Part shown: one piece after another, positions 38,043-48,499 of the stretch
Layout of the letters: the number at the start of each line of letters is the position of its first letter
Numbering within the stretch: the stretch's first letter is position 1
Assembly (NCBI GenBank): GCA_016235865.1
Contig: JACRIK010000018.1
Span: 66,891 to 130,890, forward strand
Source of the DNA: Planctomycetota bacterium
Lineage (GTDB): Bacteria > Planctomycetota > MHYJ01 > JACQXL01
Direction of reading: 5' to 3'
Length of the DNA stretch: 64,000 bases
Notes under the pieces: generated by a model
What the model was told of the DNA's origin: nothing
The model's input: the letters and a program-made list of their open reading frames with translations, nothing else
Database searches by the model: none
Made by a program: the position numbers and the translations under genes

Positions 38043-39506
38043 ATGAAGAACACCAGATGGATAGCAGCGGTTGTCGCAATCATAATGGTAAGCAGTTTAG
38101 CGGTCAATGCCGAGGAATGGTCGATATACGGGCCGCGGGCCGAGGGCATGGGCGGGGCCGGGGTAGCCACGGCGGACGGCGCCACGGCGCATTACTGGAA
38201 TCCGGGCGCCACCACCAAGAATGAGAAATCCGGCCTTTATATTACCGGCGGATTGGTAACCTCAGCCGAAGGCGATGTTGTTGCCTCTTTGGATAAGGTT
38301 GCCCAAAAGGGCGCCGGGATTGACTGGAACACGGTGATGGGCAAGGTCAACGGCGGAACACCGCTTACCGTGACCGAGGCGCAGCAGGTTATCGGATTCT
38401 TTTCCACTGCGGCAACTGAATTAAACCAGCCCGGCCAGGGTTTCCTGGTTAATGGCAGCGGTGGATTATCGTTCGCCGTGGGGAGTTGGACCGTCTTCGG
38501 AAATGGATTTATGAATATGAACCTGGACCCGGTGGGCGATGACCAGAACCTGGCTGTCAACTCCGGTCCATCTGCCATTACCAATACGGTCGGTAGCGTT
38601 TCTTTAGGTTCTCCGGCCAATAGCACACTGGCATCCAATATTGCTTCACAGTCCTGGTGGATAGCCGGCGCGGGCGATGCAGCGCTCCAGGCAGATAACT
38701 TTGTTTATCTGGCTGAGCAGGGCGGCGCCGATACCTCAGACCCGGAAGTTCAGCAGACCATAATGATTATGGCCCAGAACCTGGCCGGCGGCACAGCCAC
38801 TGTCCAGAATAACGAGACCGGCGTCATTATCAACGGACTTATCGTCAGCGAATTCGGCGCTTCGCATAGCTGGGATTTTGTGGATGTTATCGGTCAGACG
38901 TTGTCCGTGGGGGTTAATCTTAAATTGATGCAGGGCCAGACCTACTATCAGGAAATCAAATACAGCGACTTGGAAGGCACCGATAAGCTAATGAATAATG
39001 TTAATAGCAAGGAAAACACCAAGTCGTCAACCGCCTTTGGTATTGATGCGGGCGCCTTGGTATCGTTTTCAGACGTTCTCAAGGGCGGTCTGGTTATCAG
39101 GAATCTCAACAGTCCTAAATTTTCCTATGCCGGTAGAGGCGATGCGGTATTGGACCCGCAGATAAGGGCGGGTGTGGCCATGAATCTGGGGATGATTACC
39201 CTGGCGGCTGATTACGATGTGACCAAGAACAAATCCAGTTTATTAAAGGGTTATGAGTCGCAGATGTTCGGGTTAGGCGCGGAGGTGAGTTTAATCGGGA
39301 CCCTGAAACTGCGCATGGGCACATACCAGAATATGGCATCGGTGGCTCCCTCAGCGGTAATGACCTATGGCCTGGGGTTCCATCTGCTGTTCCTTGACCT
39401 GGACCTGGCCGGAGCGATGGCCAGTAAAAATGTGAAGGTTGAGGATTCCGGCAGTGAAATACCTGCCAGTTTTGGCGGTTCAGCGGCAATAGCGTTGAGG
39501 TTCTAA
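38043..39506 (+). CDS. Secreted outer-membrane beta-barrel protein (TraF/FadL-like)
   Basis: Signal peptide MKNTRWIAAVVAIIMVSSLAVNA. YGPRAEGMGGAGVATADGATAHYWNPGA motif. C-terminal ...AIALRF. Confidence 0.5.
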   Translation: MKNTRWIAAVVAIIMVSSLAVNAEEWSIYGPRAEGMGGAGVATADGATAHYWNPGATTKNEKSGLYITGGLVTSAEGDVVASLDKVAQKGAGIDWNTVMGKVNGGTPLTVTEAQQVIGFFSTAATELNQPGQGFLVNGSGGLSFAVGSWTVFGNGFMNMNLDPVGDDQNLAVNSGPSAITNTVGSVSLGSPANSTLASNIASQSWWIAGAGDAALQADNFVYLAEQGGADTSDPEVQQTIMIMAQNLAGGTATVQNNETGVIINGLIVSEFGASHSWDFVDVIGQTLSVGVNLKLMQGQTYYQEIKYSDLEGTDKLMNNVNSKENTKSSTAFGIDAGALVSFSDVLKGGLVIRNLNSPKFSYAGRGDAVLDPQIRAGVAMNLGMITLAADYDVTKNKSSLLKGYESQMFGLGAEVSLIGTLKLRMGTYQNMASVAPSAVMTYGLGFHLLFLDLDLAGAMASKNVKVEDSGSEIPASFGGSAAIALRF

Positions 39507-39566
39507 ATAAATATTATTAAACAACCCCGTACCTACCTAAAGGATGGGTGCGGGGTTGTTCTATTT

Positions 39567-39782
39567 ATGCGCAGTATTATCATATTTCTGGTTCGGGCTT
39601 ACCAATACGGTATCTCGCCTTTGCATCCGCCGGTCTGCCGTTTCCAGCCGACCTGTTCGGAGTATTTCATCCAGGCCGTGGACAAGAAGGGGATATTGCT
39701 GGGCGTATTTTATGGCTTGCGGCGCCTGTTAAGATGCCATCCTTTAGGCGGCCATGGCTATGACCCGGTGGACCCCAGTTAG
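39567..39782 (+). CDS. yidD: Membrane protein insertion efficiency factor YidD
   Basis: [26 protein letters not shown] is a canonical YidD. Confidence 0.85.
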   Translation: MRSIIIFLVRAYQYGISPLHPPVCRFQPTCSEYFIQAVDKKGILLGVFYGLRRLLRCHPLGGHGYDPVDPS

Positions 39783-39924
39783 AGATAGGTCGTCCCAAAG
39801 GGACGATCGTGTTAATGGCGCACAAGATATAAATCTTACAAAACATCCGAATAAAGGTGTTTTATTAAATGTCAAGTTCAGTATCTCTAACGGGGTGGAG
39901 TAAATATGGTTTTGGCCGGATGAC

Positions 39925-39997
39925 CCCGACAAAAACTGTCGGGATAAGAACCAGTAAGTCCCCCGAAGGCTTTCGGGGTCCTAACTGGTTCTAATGG
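39925..39997 (+). repeat. Structured REP-like element copy C3: hairpin cccgacAAAAActgtcggg, ATAA, stem gaaccagt...(inner hairpin cccccgaaggctttcggggt)...CTAAC...tggttc, TAATGG. It abuts the nrdR stop codon.
   Basis: Direct reading. The outer stem is compensatory relative to C1 and C5. Confidence 0.6.
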
Positions 39998-40447
39998 TTA
40001 TTTGTGGATGTTCTGAAGTTCCTTCATGAACTGCCGGGCATCCTTGAATTCCCGATAGACCGAGGCAAATCTGACATAGGCTACGTGGTCCAGCGATTTT
40101 AGTTCCTTCATTATCAGTTCGCCGATTTCCTTGGCCGGCACCTCGCGGTCGAATTTGTCGTAGATGGCCCGTTCAATCCGGCTCAGTACCTCTTTTATTT
40201 TCTCGGTTGAGACCGGCCTTTTTTCGCAGGCCTTCATCAGACCGGATACGATCTTTTCGTGGTTAAAGGGCTGGCGGGTGCCGTCTTTCTTGACGACTCT
40301 TAATGAGGCTTCTTCGCGCTTTTCATAGGTGGTATAACGGCGCTTACAGGCCAGGCATTTCCGCCGGCGCCGAATCACAAAGCCTTCGTCCGAGGAACGT
40401 GAATTGATGACCTGGTCGTTGTCTTTCTTGCAAAATGGGCAACGCAT
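39998..40447 (-). CDS. nrdR: Transcriptional repressor NrdR
   Basis: MRCPFCKKDNDQVINSRSSDEGFVIRRRRKCLACKRRYTTYE zinc ribbon plus ATP-cone. Confidence 0.9.
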   Translation of the reverse strand: MRCPFCKKDNDQVINSRSSDEGFVIRRRRKCLACKRRYTTYEKREEASLRVVKKDGTRQPFNHEKIVSGLMKACEKRPVSTEKIKEVLSRIERAIYDKFDREVPAKEIGELIMKELKSLDHVAYVRFASVYREFKDARQFMKELQNIHK

Positions 40448-40570
40448 AACAATTAAGTAAACGGATTAAGCGGATTAAACGGATGTTTTGATTAACACGC
40501 TTTAACCATTTTCACGACTTATAGCAGAAACCCGGATAAATTTCAACTAATTATATTGATAAATTAATAA

Positions 40571-40588
40571 AATCTGTGTAATCTGTGG
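40571..40588. repeat. 2x 9-mer AATCTGTG(T/G) directly upstream of the acs start. An ACGGATTAAGCGGATTAAACGGAT 9-bp-periodic array lies at 40462-40486.
   Basis: Direct reading. Shared with 28364-28409 and 56449-56511. Confidence 0.75.
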
Positions 40589-40590
40589 CT

Positions 40591-42519
40591 ATGAAAGACG
40601 TCATTTGGACGCCATACGGCGACTACCTGGCCAAGAGCAATATCACCCGCTTTATGCAGAAGTATTCCATCAAGGACTACGATGAACTAGTCAGGCGTTC
40701 CACGTCGGATATTGAATGGTTTTGGGATGCGGCCCTCAAGGACCTTGGGATGGAGTGGTTTAAGCCATACACCAAGGTGTTGGATGACTCCAAGGGATTT
40801 CCCTGGGCCAGGTGGTTCATCAACGGCAAGATGAATATTGTTTACAACTGCATAGATAGGCATATCTCAAATCCCAAAATCGCCTTTGTCTGGGAAGGTG
40901 ATGATGGCGTAATCCGTAATGTTTCTTATGCCGAGTTGAATAAGATGGTCTGCCAGGCAGCCAATGCTTTGAAGTCATTGGGAATCAGGAAGGGCGATAC
41001 AGTGGGCATCTATATGCCGATGATACCGGAGATTGTGGCAACTTTTTTCGGATGCCTCAAAATCGGCGCAGTGGTGATTCCGATATTTTCCGGATTCGGT
41101 TCAACCGCCCTGTCCACCCGTTTGAGCGATGCCAAGGCCAAGGTGATATTCACCGCGGACGGCGGCCTCAGGCGCGGCAAACAGGTTCTGCTCAAGAAAG
41201 AGGTGGATATCGCAGCCAAAGATATACCTTCCCTGAAAAACATCATCGTGGTAAAACGGCTGGGACTCAAAGATACTCCGATGACCAAAGGCCGAGACCG
41301 TTTCTGGGATGAGATAGTCGATAAACAGCCGGCCGAATGCCCGACCGAGGCGCTGGAGGCAGAGGATATTTCCATTATTATATATACTTCAGGCACGACC
41401 GGCAAGCCCAAGGGCACGGTGCATACGCACGCCGGATGCCTGGCCCAGATGGCCAAGGAACTGGGCTATTATTTTGACGTCAAACCGGATGATATCTTTT
41501 TTTGGTTCACGGATATCGGTTGGATGATGGGTCCCTGGGAGATGATTGGGGTGACGTTCTTCGGAGCGACCTTTGTGATTTACGAAGGGGCGCCGGATTT
41601 CCCCAAGCCGGACCGGCTCTGGGATATTATCGAGAGGCATAAGATAAATTCACTGGGCATTTCGCCGACCGCCATCAGGTTGCTGATTACCTACGGCGAC
41701 GAGTGGCTGGCCAAGCATAATCTTTCGTCCCTGCGGATACTCGGTTCAACCGGCGAGCCGTGGGACGGAGAATCGTATATGTGGTTCTTTGAGAAAGTGG
41801 GCGGCAAACGATGTCCGATTATAAATATTTCAGGCGGAACGGAGATAGTGGGCTGCTTATTGTCGCCGATGCCGATAACCGAATTGAAACCATGCACCTT
41901 GCGCGGTCCGGGCCTGGGTATGGACATAGATGTTTTTGACGATATGGGCCAGCCGATTCGGGGCGGTATCGGGCATCTGGTCTGCAAGAAGCCCGCGCCG
42001 TCTATGACCAAGGGATTCCTGAACGACCCGCAGAGGTATCTGGACACCTATTTTTCCAAATGGCCCAATGTTTGGTATCACGGCGACTGGGCCAAGGTGG
42101 ATGAGGACGGATTTTGGTTCCTATTTGGTCGGAGCGATGATACCATAAAGGTAGCCGGCAAGAGGACCGGACCGGCCGAGATAGAGGCGGCGCTGATAGA
42201 ACACAATGCAGTGGCCGAGGCCGCGGCCATCGGCGTACCGCACGACATCAAGGGCGAGACCGTGGTTTGTTTTGTGGTGTTGAATCCGGGCGTAGTGCCT
42301 TCAGAAGCGCTCCGGGAGGAACTTAAGGCGCAAGTTGTAAAGCATCTCGGGAAAACCCTCAAGCCCGAGGCATTGAAATTTATCAGGGCGCTGCCCAAGA
42401 CGCGCTCTGCTAAAATCGTCCGGGGCGTGATTAAACGCAAATACCTGGGCGAACCGCTGGGCGATATCTCCTCTGTGGAAAACCAGGATACCATTGAAGA
42501 GGTCAGCCGGGCTATTTAA
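40591..42519 (+). CDS. acs: AMP-forming acetyl-CoA synthetase family (acetate/short-chain acyl--CoA ligase). The ORF track gives GTG 40585.
   Basis: FWDAALKDL...W, NIVYNCIDRH, YTSGTTGKPKG, and the C-terminal AMP-binding lysine region. Confidence 0.8.
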   Translation: MKDVIWTPYGDYLAKSNITRFMQKYSIKDYDELVRRSTSDIEWFWDAALKDLGMEWFKPYTKVLDDSKGFPWARWFINGKMNIVYNCIDRHISNPKIAFVWEGDDGVIRNVSYAELNKMVCQAANALKSLGIRKGDTVGIYMPMIPEIVATFFGCLKIGAVVIPIFSGFGSTALSTRLSDAKAKVIFTADGGLRRGKQVLLKKEVDIAAKDIPSLKNIIVVKRLGLKDTPMTKGRDRFWDEIVDKQPAECPTEALEAEDISIIIYTSGTTGKPKGTVHTHAGCLAQMAKELGYYFDVKPDDIFFWFTDIGWMMGPWEMIGVTFFGATFVIYEGAPDFPKPDRLWDIIERHKINSLGISPTAIRLLITYGDEWLAKHNLSSLRILGSTGEPWDGESYMWFFEKVGGKRCPIINISGGTEIVGCLLSPMPITELKPCTLRGPGLGMDIDVFDDMGQPIRGGIGHLVCKKPAPSMTKGFLNDPQRYLDTYFSKWPNVWYHGDWAKVDEDGFWFLFGRSDDTIKVAGKRTGPAEIEAALIEHNAVAEAAAIGVPHDIKGETVVCFVVLNPGVVPSEALREELKAQVVKHLGKTLKPEALKFIRALPKTRSAKIVRGVIKRKYLGEPLGDISSVENQDTIEEVSRAI

Positions 42520-42524
42520 TAATT

Positions 42525-43142
42525 ATGGAACCTGACAGTAATGGCAGTATTCTCAGCAGCAGTGTGTTGGTCTTAAACAAATTCTACACGGCCTTGCGGG
42601 TGATTTCCGCCCGGCGCGCCTTTGTCTTCCTGGCCAAGGATTTTGCCGAGGTCATCCATAAGAACAACGGCCGGTTTGAGAATTACCGGTTTGACCACTG
42701 GATTGAGGAATCCCGCACCAACGGCCGGGAATTTACGGATTATATCCATACGCCGAGCGTGCAGATAATGGTGCCGCGGGTGATACGGCTCCTGGAATAC
42801 GGGAAACTGCCGCGGCGGGTGCTTAAGTTCAACCGCAAGAATATCATGATGCGCGATAATTACCAGTGTCAGTATTGCGGCAAAAAGCAGGCCTTAAACT
42901 CAATGACCATTGACCATGTTGTACCCCGTTCCAGAGGCGGAACGACCGAATGGACCAATGCGGTGACCTGTTGCAGTAAATGCAATACCAAGAAGGGCGG
43001 ACGTCTGCCCCAAGAGGCTGGGATGAAATTGATTGCCAAGCCGCAGGCGCCTAAATTCAACCAGAGTATTTTCAGGCTGTTCAATGACCGGCGATACGAG
43101 CTCTGGAAGGAATTTATTAAGGATTTGTCAGAAATTGGGTAG
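42525..43142 (+). CDS. HNH endonuclease (McrA-like, stand-alone)
   Basis: CQYCGKK...DHVVPRSRGGTTEWTNAVTCCSKCNTKKG. Confidence 0.75.
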   Translation: MEPDSNGSILSSSVLVLNKFYTALRVISARRAFVFLAKDFAEVIHKNNGRFENYRFDHWIEESRTNGREFTDYIHTPSVQIMVPRVIRLLEYGKLPRRVLKFNRKNIMMRDNYQCQYCGKKQALNSMTIDHVVPRSRGGTTEWTNAVTCCSKCNTKKGGRLPQEAGMKLIAKPQAPKFNQSIFRLFNDRRYELWKEFIKDLSEIG

Positions 43143-43187
43143 CCCGGGTTGGGGGAACATCTGGTCGGGCTATACGAAAGGTAAAAT

Positions 43188-45140
43188 ATGAAAAATATAT
43201 TAGTTTATTCTTTGGCGCTGTTGATTGTTTTGGCGGCGGCACTGCGGGGCGGGGCGGAAAATAAAGACGGGCGGGCAGCCGAGTTAATCAAGCGCCTGGA
43301 TTCCGAAAAGGAATCATTACGGAGTTCCGCGGCCTATGCCCTGGGCGAGATGGGCGCCAAAGAGGCCATTCTGGAATTAAAACGGCTCCTGATAGACAAG
43401 GAATGGACCGTGCGCCAAGCCGCGGTTGATGCCTTGAGAAAACTTGAAGCAAATGACCTGGCCGCCGATATAATGCGGCTGTTAAAAGATAAAAGCAGCG
43501 ATGTGCGCGAGTCAGCGGTGGTGGCGATGGGCGAATTCCGCGCCCGAGAGTCGGTGCCCGCGCTGGTAAAAATCATCAACGATGACGATGATGACATGGT
43601 GCGCACAGCGGCCATTTATGCGCTGGGTAAAATGGGCGATAAGGGTGCTATCTCTGATTTGACAGCGCTGGTGAAGAAGAATAACTGGGGTATCCGAGTT
43701 TCGGCGGTTTTGGCGCTGGCCGAACTTGATGCGAAGGAATCAATTCCTGATTTGGTAAAAATGCTCAGCGATACGGACAAGGCAATTTGCAGTTATGCGG
43801 CGTGTACTCTGGGTTTGCTTGGAGCCAGGGATGAAATGTTGCGTATTAAAGAGGCTGCCAAGGATAAGGATAAGTCCCTGGCGCAGTCAGCGGCTTATGC
43901 CTTGATGGAACTCGGCGACAAAGAGTCGATTTCTCTGATGATAAAAGAGGATAGCTGGCGGAATTACGAATTAGTTAAAGATGCGATTGAAAGAGTTGAC
44001 CCCAAAGAGTCGATTCCTGAATTAGTAAAATTACTGGGAAGCAAGCAGGAGCTAATCCGCGGCTATGCGGCTCTTTTCCTAGGAGAGCTGGGCGCCAAAG
44101 AAACAATACCGGAACTGACTAAATTGCTTAAGGATAACGAAAAATATCCGCGTTCGACCGCGGCTATTGCGCTAGCAAAATTAGGACACCGTGAAGTCAT
44201 TCCGGAACTGGTCAAATTACTCAAACACAAAGACAGGGATCTGAATGTTTCGGCGGCCGTAGCGCTTGGAGAGCTTGACGCCAAGGAGGCCATACCTGAC
44301 TTAAAGAAGATGCTGAAAGATAATGATGCCTATGTCCGCGGCTGGGTTATTTACCTGCTCGGACGGCTGTGCGGCAGCGAAATGGTTCCGGATCTCAAAA
44401 AATGGCTGAATAAAGAAACCGGCTATGTCCGCGGCGTAGTTGTTTCCACTCTGGCTGAGCTTGATGTGAAAGAATCGGCGCCTGATATAATTAAATTATT
44501 AAACGACAAGGATCCCGGGGTTTCCCAGAGAGCTGTTTATGCATTGGGCAAATTAGGAGCTAAAGAATCGATTCCTGAATTGATGAAACAATTCAGTGTG
44601 GTTACGATGACCCAGGCGGTTATTATTACCCTGGGGGATTTTGGTGTTAAGGAGATAATTCCGGATTTAAAGAGGATGTTGAAAGAAGGCGATGATAACG
44701 AACTGCGCCAGGCCGCGTCATATGCGCTCGGTGAAATGGGGGTAAAAGAGGTTACTCCTGAATTGATGAGATTACTCAAGGACGATAAGTGGTTGGTGCG
44801 CCGGCTGGTTATAAATTCACTGGGCGGGGCCGGTAACCGTATGCCTTTTGAAGAATCGGTCAGGGCGGTCAGAACGCAGGTTTATGAAGTCCGTAAATCC
44901 GCGGCATATGCCCTGGCAAGATTGGGCGACAAGGAGGCCGTGCCGGAATTAATGAAACTTCTTAGATGTGGCAATAAAGAAACCCGCGGCTGGGCGGCGA
45001 TTGCCTTAATTGAGTTGGGCGAGAAGGACAAGGTGCCAATGGATGTAATCAAGGATATAAAGGCCCTTAGTGGTATGACCAATGCTGACATGAAACGGGC
45101 CATAAAAGCCCTGAAAGAATTAAGTGTAGCCAAGGATTAA
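43188..45140 (+). CDS. Secreted HEAT-repeat (PBS-lyase type) protein, about 20 repeats
   Basis: Signal peptide. The iterated unit is A..ALGELGAKEAIPELVKLLKD. Confidence 0.7.
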   Translation: MKNILVYSLALLIVLAAALRGGAENKDGRAAELIKRLDSEKESLRSSAAYALGEMGAKEAILELKRLLIDKEWTVRQAAVDALRKLEANDLAADIMRLLKDKSSDVRESAVVAMGEFRARESVPALVKIINDDDDDMVRTAAIYALGKMGDKGAISDLTALVKKNNWGIRVSAVLALAELDAKESIPDLVKMLSDTDKAICSYAACTLGLLGARDEMLRIKEAAKDKDKSLAQSAAYALMELGDKESISLMIKEDSWRNYELVKDAIERVDPKESIPELVKLLGSKQELIRGYAALFLGELGAKETIPELTKLLKDNEKYPRSTAAIALAKLGHREVIPELVKLLKHKDRDLNVSAAVALGELDAKEAIPDLKKMLKDNDAYVRGWVIYLLGRLCGSEMVPDLKKWLNKETGYVRGVVVSTLAELDVKESAPDIIKLLNDKDPGVSQRAVYALGKLGAKESIPELMKQFSVVTMTQAVIITLGDFGVKEIIPDLKRMLKEGDDNELRQAASYALGEMGVKEVTPELMRLLKDDKWLVRRLVINSLGGAGNRMPFEESVRAVRTQVYEVRKSAAYALARLGDKEAVPELMKLLRCGNKETRGWAAIALIELGEKDKVPMDVIKDIKALSGMTNADMKRAIKALKELSVAKD

Positions 45141-45225
45141 TAACGGATAAAGAAAATTATGAATAAGATGGACTTAACAAGAGATGTTTGTATTGAATGA
45201 TCATACAGAAGGGGTGCGATAATTT

Positions 45226-48200
45226 ATGGGATTAAGGGGAGATTTATCCACGCTGGCATTAACCGAGGTTTTTCAGTTAATTACTTCTTCAGGCAAGGAA
45301 GGTACTTTGGTTGTCTATGACGAGAAAAGCCGTAAGGAGATATATTTTGCCAAGGACGGTATCAGGCTGTTATCAACCGGCGAACGAAAGGGGATGCCCT
45401 TAGGCGAGTTACTGGTTAAAAAAAAGATTATCACGCCAACCCAGCTTTCCCAGGCATTGACCACCCAGAAAACAACCGAGATTAAACTCGGCGAGGTGCT
45501 TTGCCATCTTGGTTATATCAAGCAGGACGAGCTTGAAAGGATTGTGCATGGTCAGATTGAAAATGAAATCTATGATATTTTCAGATGGTCGAGTGCTAAG
45601 TTTGAGTTTATCGAAGGCCCGCCGCCTACAGAGCCGCTGATGTCCGACCAAAATCCTGTTTCCATCCTGACACTGGATGTTAATTCCCTGATTGCTAAAA
45701 TCAACAAGCGTAATCAGGATTGGGAAAACGTAAAGGATTTATTTAACAATCCGAACTCCATATTTAAATTAACAGAGGATTATGAAGACAAACTGGCGGA
45801 GATTCACCTGACCGAGGATGAGAGGTTGGTTTTCCGCGTGGTGAGCGGGTTTAAGACATTACACGACATCGTGGATGAGTCACCACTGGATGCTTTCGAG
45901 ACCTATAAGGCGGTTCACGGTCTCAAAGAGCGCCAGATTATCAAGGAGATCGGTCCCGAAGAAATCAAGAACTATGCCAAGCAGCTTCTTAAAGAGAAGA
46001 AGTTTGAGCAGGCGTTATTTTTCTGCCAGCAAGCGCAGAAGATTAGTCCTTCTGACTGGGTGGTGTTGGAAAATATAGCCGAGATACTGGAGAAGTTGGA
46101 ACGTCCGACAGAAGCCGGACAGAAATATAAGGAATTAGCCAAACTGCTCGCCGATAAGAATGATATGAACCTGGCCGCGGTGGCTTATAAGAAGGCTCTG
46201 GTATACCTGCCGGCAGATGAGGATGTTTACACTCAATTATTTAATTTATGGGTGTTACAAGGCCAGGCATCCGAGGCAGCCGCTGTTGGCAAGGAATTAA
46301 TAAAAATACATGCCAAATCCAAAAAGATGGGTGATATCCTGTCGCTTTCCCAGAAGATAGCCGGATTGACCAAGGCAGATATTGACTTGAGGGCATATAT
46401 GGCGGCGGCTTATTTCCAGATGGGCGAGTATAATAAATCCAAGGAGGAAATTGACCAGGCCATAAAAGAAGTGCCTTCCCAGAAAACAAATTTGCTTATC
46501 AAGGCGTATGAGAAAATTTTGAGCGTTGAACCGCGGCATTCTGATGCCCGCTATCGGTTGGATGCGCTGCGTAAAATACAATTGGAACAGAGCAGAAAGC
46601 GTAAACGATTAATCATTATATCGTCGGTATTTTTAGGGGTTATTCTGGTGGGCGGCATTTTCTCATTGAGAGATTATTTGGCGTATAAGGAATTCTTGCT
46701 GGTTAAAAAGGAGGCGGATGAAGTCAAGGCGAAAGGCGAATATGAATCGGCGCTTATTAGATACCGTTCTTTCCCGCATTCTTTTACCATATATACTAAA
46801 TCAGCGGTACAGAAGGAGATCAACGAGATATTGCTTCTGACACGCAATAAAGAAGATAAAATTACAGCTACTATAGATGCGGGATTGATTCATCTTAGGG
46901 AGCTTTATCAGGGCGGCCAGGCAGTGAAGGACAAGAACAATAATTTTGACGAGGCTCTAAAGATCATGAAGGATGTGGAATCCCAGACGATTGAAGTCAT
47001 GAAAGGCATTAGTAAGAAAGTTTCCTCAATGGGTGGCAGTTCGGATATTGCAGAAAAACAGATTAAAAACTATGAGGAATTCCTGGAAGCAGTCAAAAGA
47101 AATATTAACGATACTGAAAAATATCTTAAGCAGGCGAACGATTTATACGCCACAATTCAAGAATTGGATAAGACGGGCCGGTTGGATGAGGCTGCCAAAG
47201 CCATCAGGCAGTTGCTTAATAGTTATCCCGGTTCCGGTATTGCCAAATCCGCCCGGGTTCCGGTAAAAATAGAATCCACTCCCTCTGATGCTGAAGTGGC
47301 TCTTAACGGCGCCCGGCAGGGCAGAACTCCCTTAAAGATTTACCTGCCGGTCAAGGAGGCGGTTACGATAACGGTATTCAAAAGGGGGTTTGGTAGATAT
47401 TCCAAAGAAGTTAAATCATATGAGCAATCTTATATGATGATAGCGTTGGAGAAAGCGGCTAAATGGGCTGTGGATACAGGCGCACAACTGGAGACGAGCC
47501 CACTTTTAGTCGGCGACACGATTTTCATAACCACCAGAGACGGACACCTCAAGGCGATTGATGAAGAAACCGGTAAGATAAAATGGTCTTTTAGGACGGA
47601 TAATCCCACCGAGATATACTCGTCACCTATGATAAATAACAGCCAAATTATATTCGGCGCCAACGATAATAGCTTCTATGCGGTGCGCTCAAATGCCGCT
47701 GTTAAGATTTACCAGGTGAAAACAAACGGCCCCATCAGGGCTTCCGCTTTCTTTTCTCCCGATGGCAATGTGACCCTTATCGGTAGCGCGGATAAAAACC
47801 TTTACGCGATTGGCGGAAACGGCGCGGTTATTTGGAAATATAATGCCAATGCCAAAATAGTAAATGCCGGGATTGTGGATAAGCAGATTGTTTACATCAC
47901 TTCTGAAGATGGCATGCTTCACGCTATAAATCTGGTTAACGGCGAGAAACTCTGGAATTTATCACTGGGCGGAAAGCTGACTTCGCCGGTCATTAATGAG
48001 AATATGCTTTATGTCGGCGGGACTAATAATGCTGTTTATGCCGTTAACCTCTTGACCCGTAAGGTTCACTGGTCTTACCGTATGAAGCAGGAAGTAGTTG
48101 CATCATTGAATATAAACGGTAATATTCTTTTTGTTCCCTGCTGTGATGGCACGCTATATGCTCTTGACACAATCTTCCAGAAGCCGGTCTGGCAGTTTGA

Positions 48201-48420
48201 GACCAAGGCATCTTTAATCGGTGGTGTGGCAATATCCCGGAAGGATGGGATGATGTATTTTGGGAGCGAGGATTCTTATCTTTATGCGATAACGCTTAAC
48301 GAGGGCCGAGAAGTGTGGAAATACAAAACAAAGAGCAAGGTTCGTTCCACTCCGGCTATTGGCGATAGTATAATTTATGTGGCCAATGACAACGGTTACC
48401 TGTCTGCGGTGGAAAAATAG
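45226..48420 (+). CDS. Multidomain protein: DUF4388, T2SSE_N-like segment, TPR repeats, one TM, PEGA domain and PQQ-like beta-propeller
   Basis: LSTLALTEVFQLI..GTLVV (DUF4388). LGELLVKKKIITPTQLSQAL (GspE_N-like). TM LIIISSVFLGVILVGGIF. PVKIESTPSDAEVALNG..GRTPL (PEGA). Repeated DG.LYA(I/V) blades. Confidence 0.6.
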   Translation: MGLRGDLSTLALTEVFQLITSSGKEGTLVVYDEKSRKEIYFAKDGIRLLSTGERKGMPLGELLVKKKIITPTQLSQALTTQKTTEIKLGEVLCHLGYIKQDELERIVHGQIENEIYDIFRWSSAKFEFIEGPPPTEPLMSDQNPVSILTLDVNSLIAKINKRNQDWENVKDLFNNPNSIFKLTEDYEDKLAEIHLTEDERLVFRVVSGFKTLHDIVDESPLDAFETYKAVHGLKERQIIKEIGPEEIKNYAKQLLKEKKFEQALFFCQQAQKISPSDWVVLENIAEILEKLERPTEAGQKYKELAKLLADKNDMNLAAVAYKKALVYLPADEDVYTQLFNLWVLQGQASEAAAVGKELIKIHAKSKKMGDILSLSQKIAGLTKADIDLRAYMAAAYFQMGEYNKSKEEIDQAIKEVPSQKTNLLIKAYEKILSVEPRHSDARYRLDALRKIQLEQSRKRKRLIIISSVFLGVILVGGIFSLRDYLAYKEFLLVKKEADEVKAKGEYESALIRYRSFPHSFTIYTKSAVQKEINEILLLTRNKEDKITATIDAGLIHLRELYQGGQAVKDKNNNFDEALKIMKDVESQTIEVMKGISKKVSSMGGSSDIAEKQIKNYEEFLEAVKRNINDTEKYLKQANDLYATIQELDKTGRLDEAAKAIRQLLNSYPGSGIAKSARVPVKIESTPSDAEVALNGARQGRTPLKIYLPVKEAVTITVFKRGFGRYSKEVKSYEQSYMMIALEKAAKWAVDTGAQLETSPLLVGDTIFITTRDGHLKAIDEETGKIKWSFRTDNPTEIYSSPMINNSQIIFGANDNSFYAVRSNAAVKIYQVKTNGPIRASAFFSPDGNVTLIGSADKNLYAIGGNGAVIWKYNANAKIVNAGIVDKQIVYITSEDGMLHAINLVNGEKLWNLSLGGKLTSPVINENMLYVGGTNNAVYAVNLLTRKVHWSYRMKQEVVASLNINGNILFVPCCDGTLYALDTIFQKPVWQFETKASLIGGVAISRKDGMMYFGSEDSYLYAITLNEGREVWKYKTKSKVRSTPAIGDSIIYVANDNGYLSAVEK

Positions 48421-48499
48421 ATAAATATTCATTATTCTTGACTCTTAATACGGCTGAAATTATAAAGGTATAAATAACCGTTTAACGAAAGGAGAAAAT

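Noticed and set aside
40585-40590. GTG 40585 as the acs start
   Set aside because: It falls inside the AATCTGTGG repeat. ATG 40591 gives MKDVIWTPYG, which is typical of the family.
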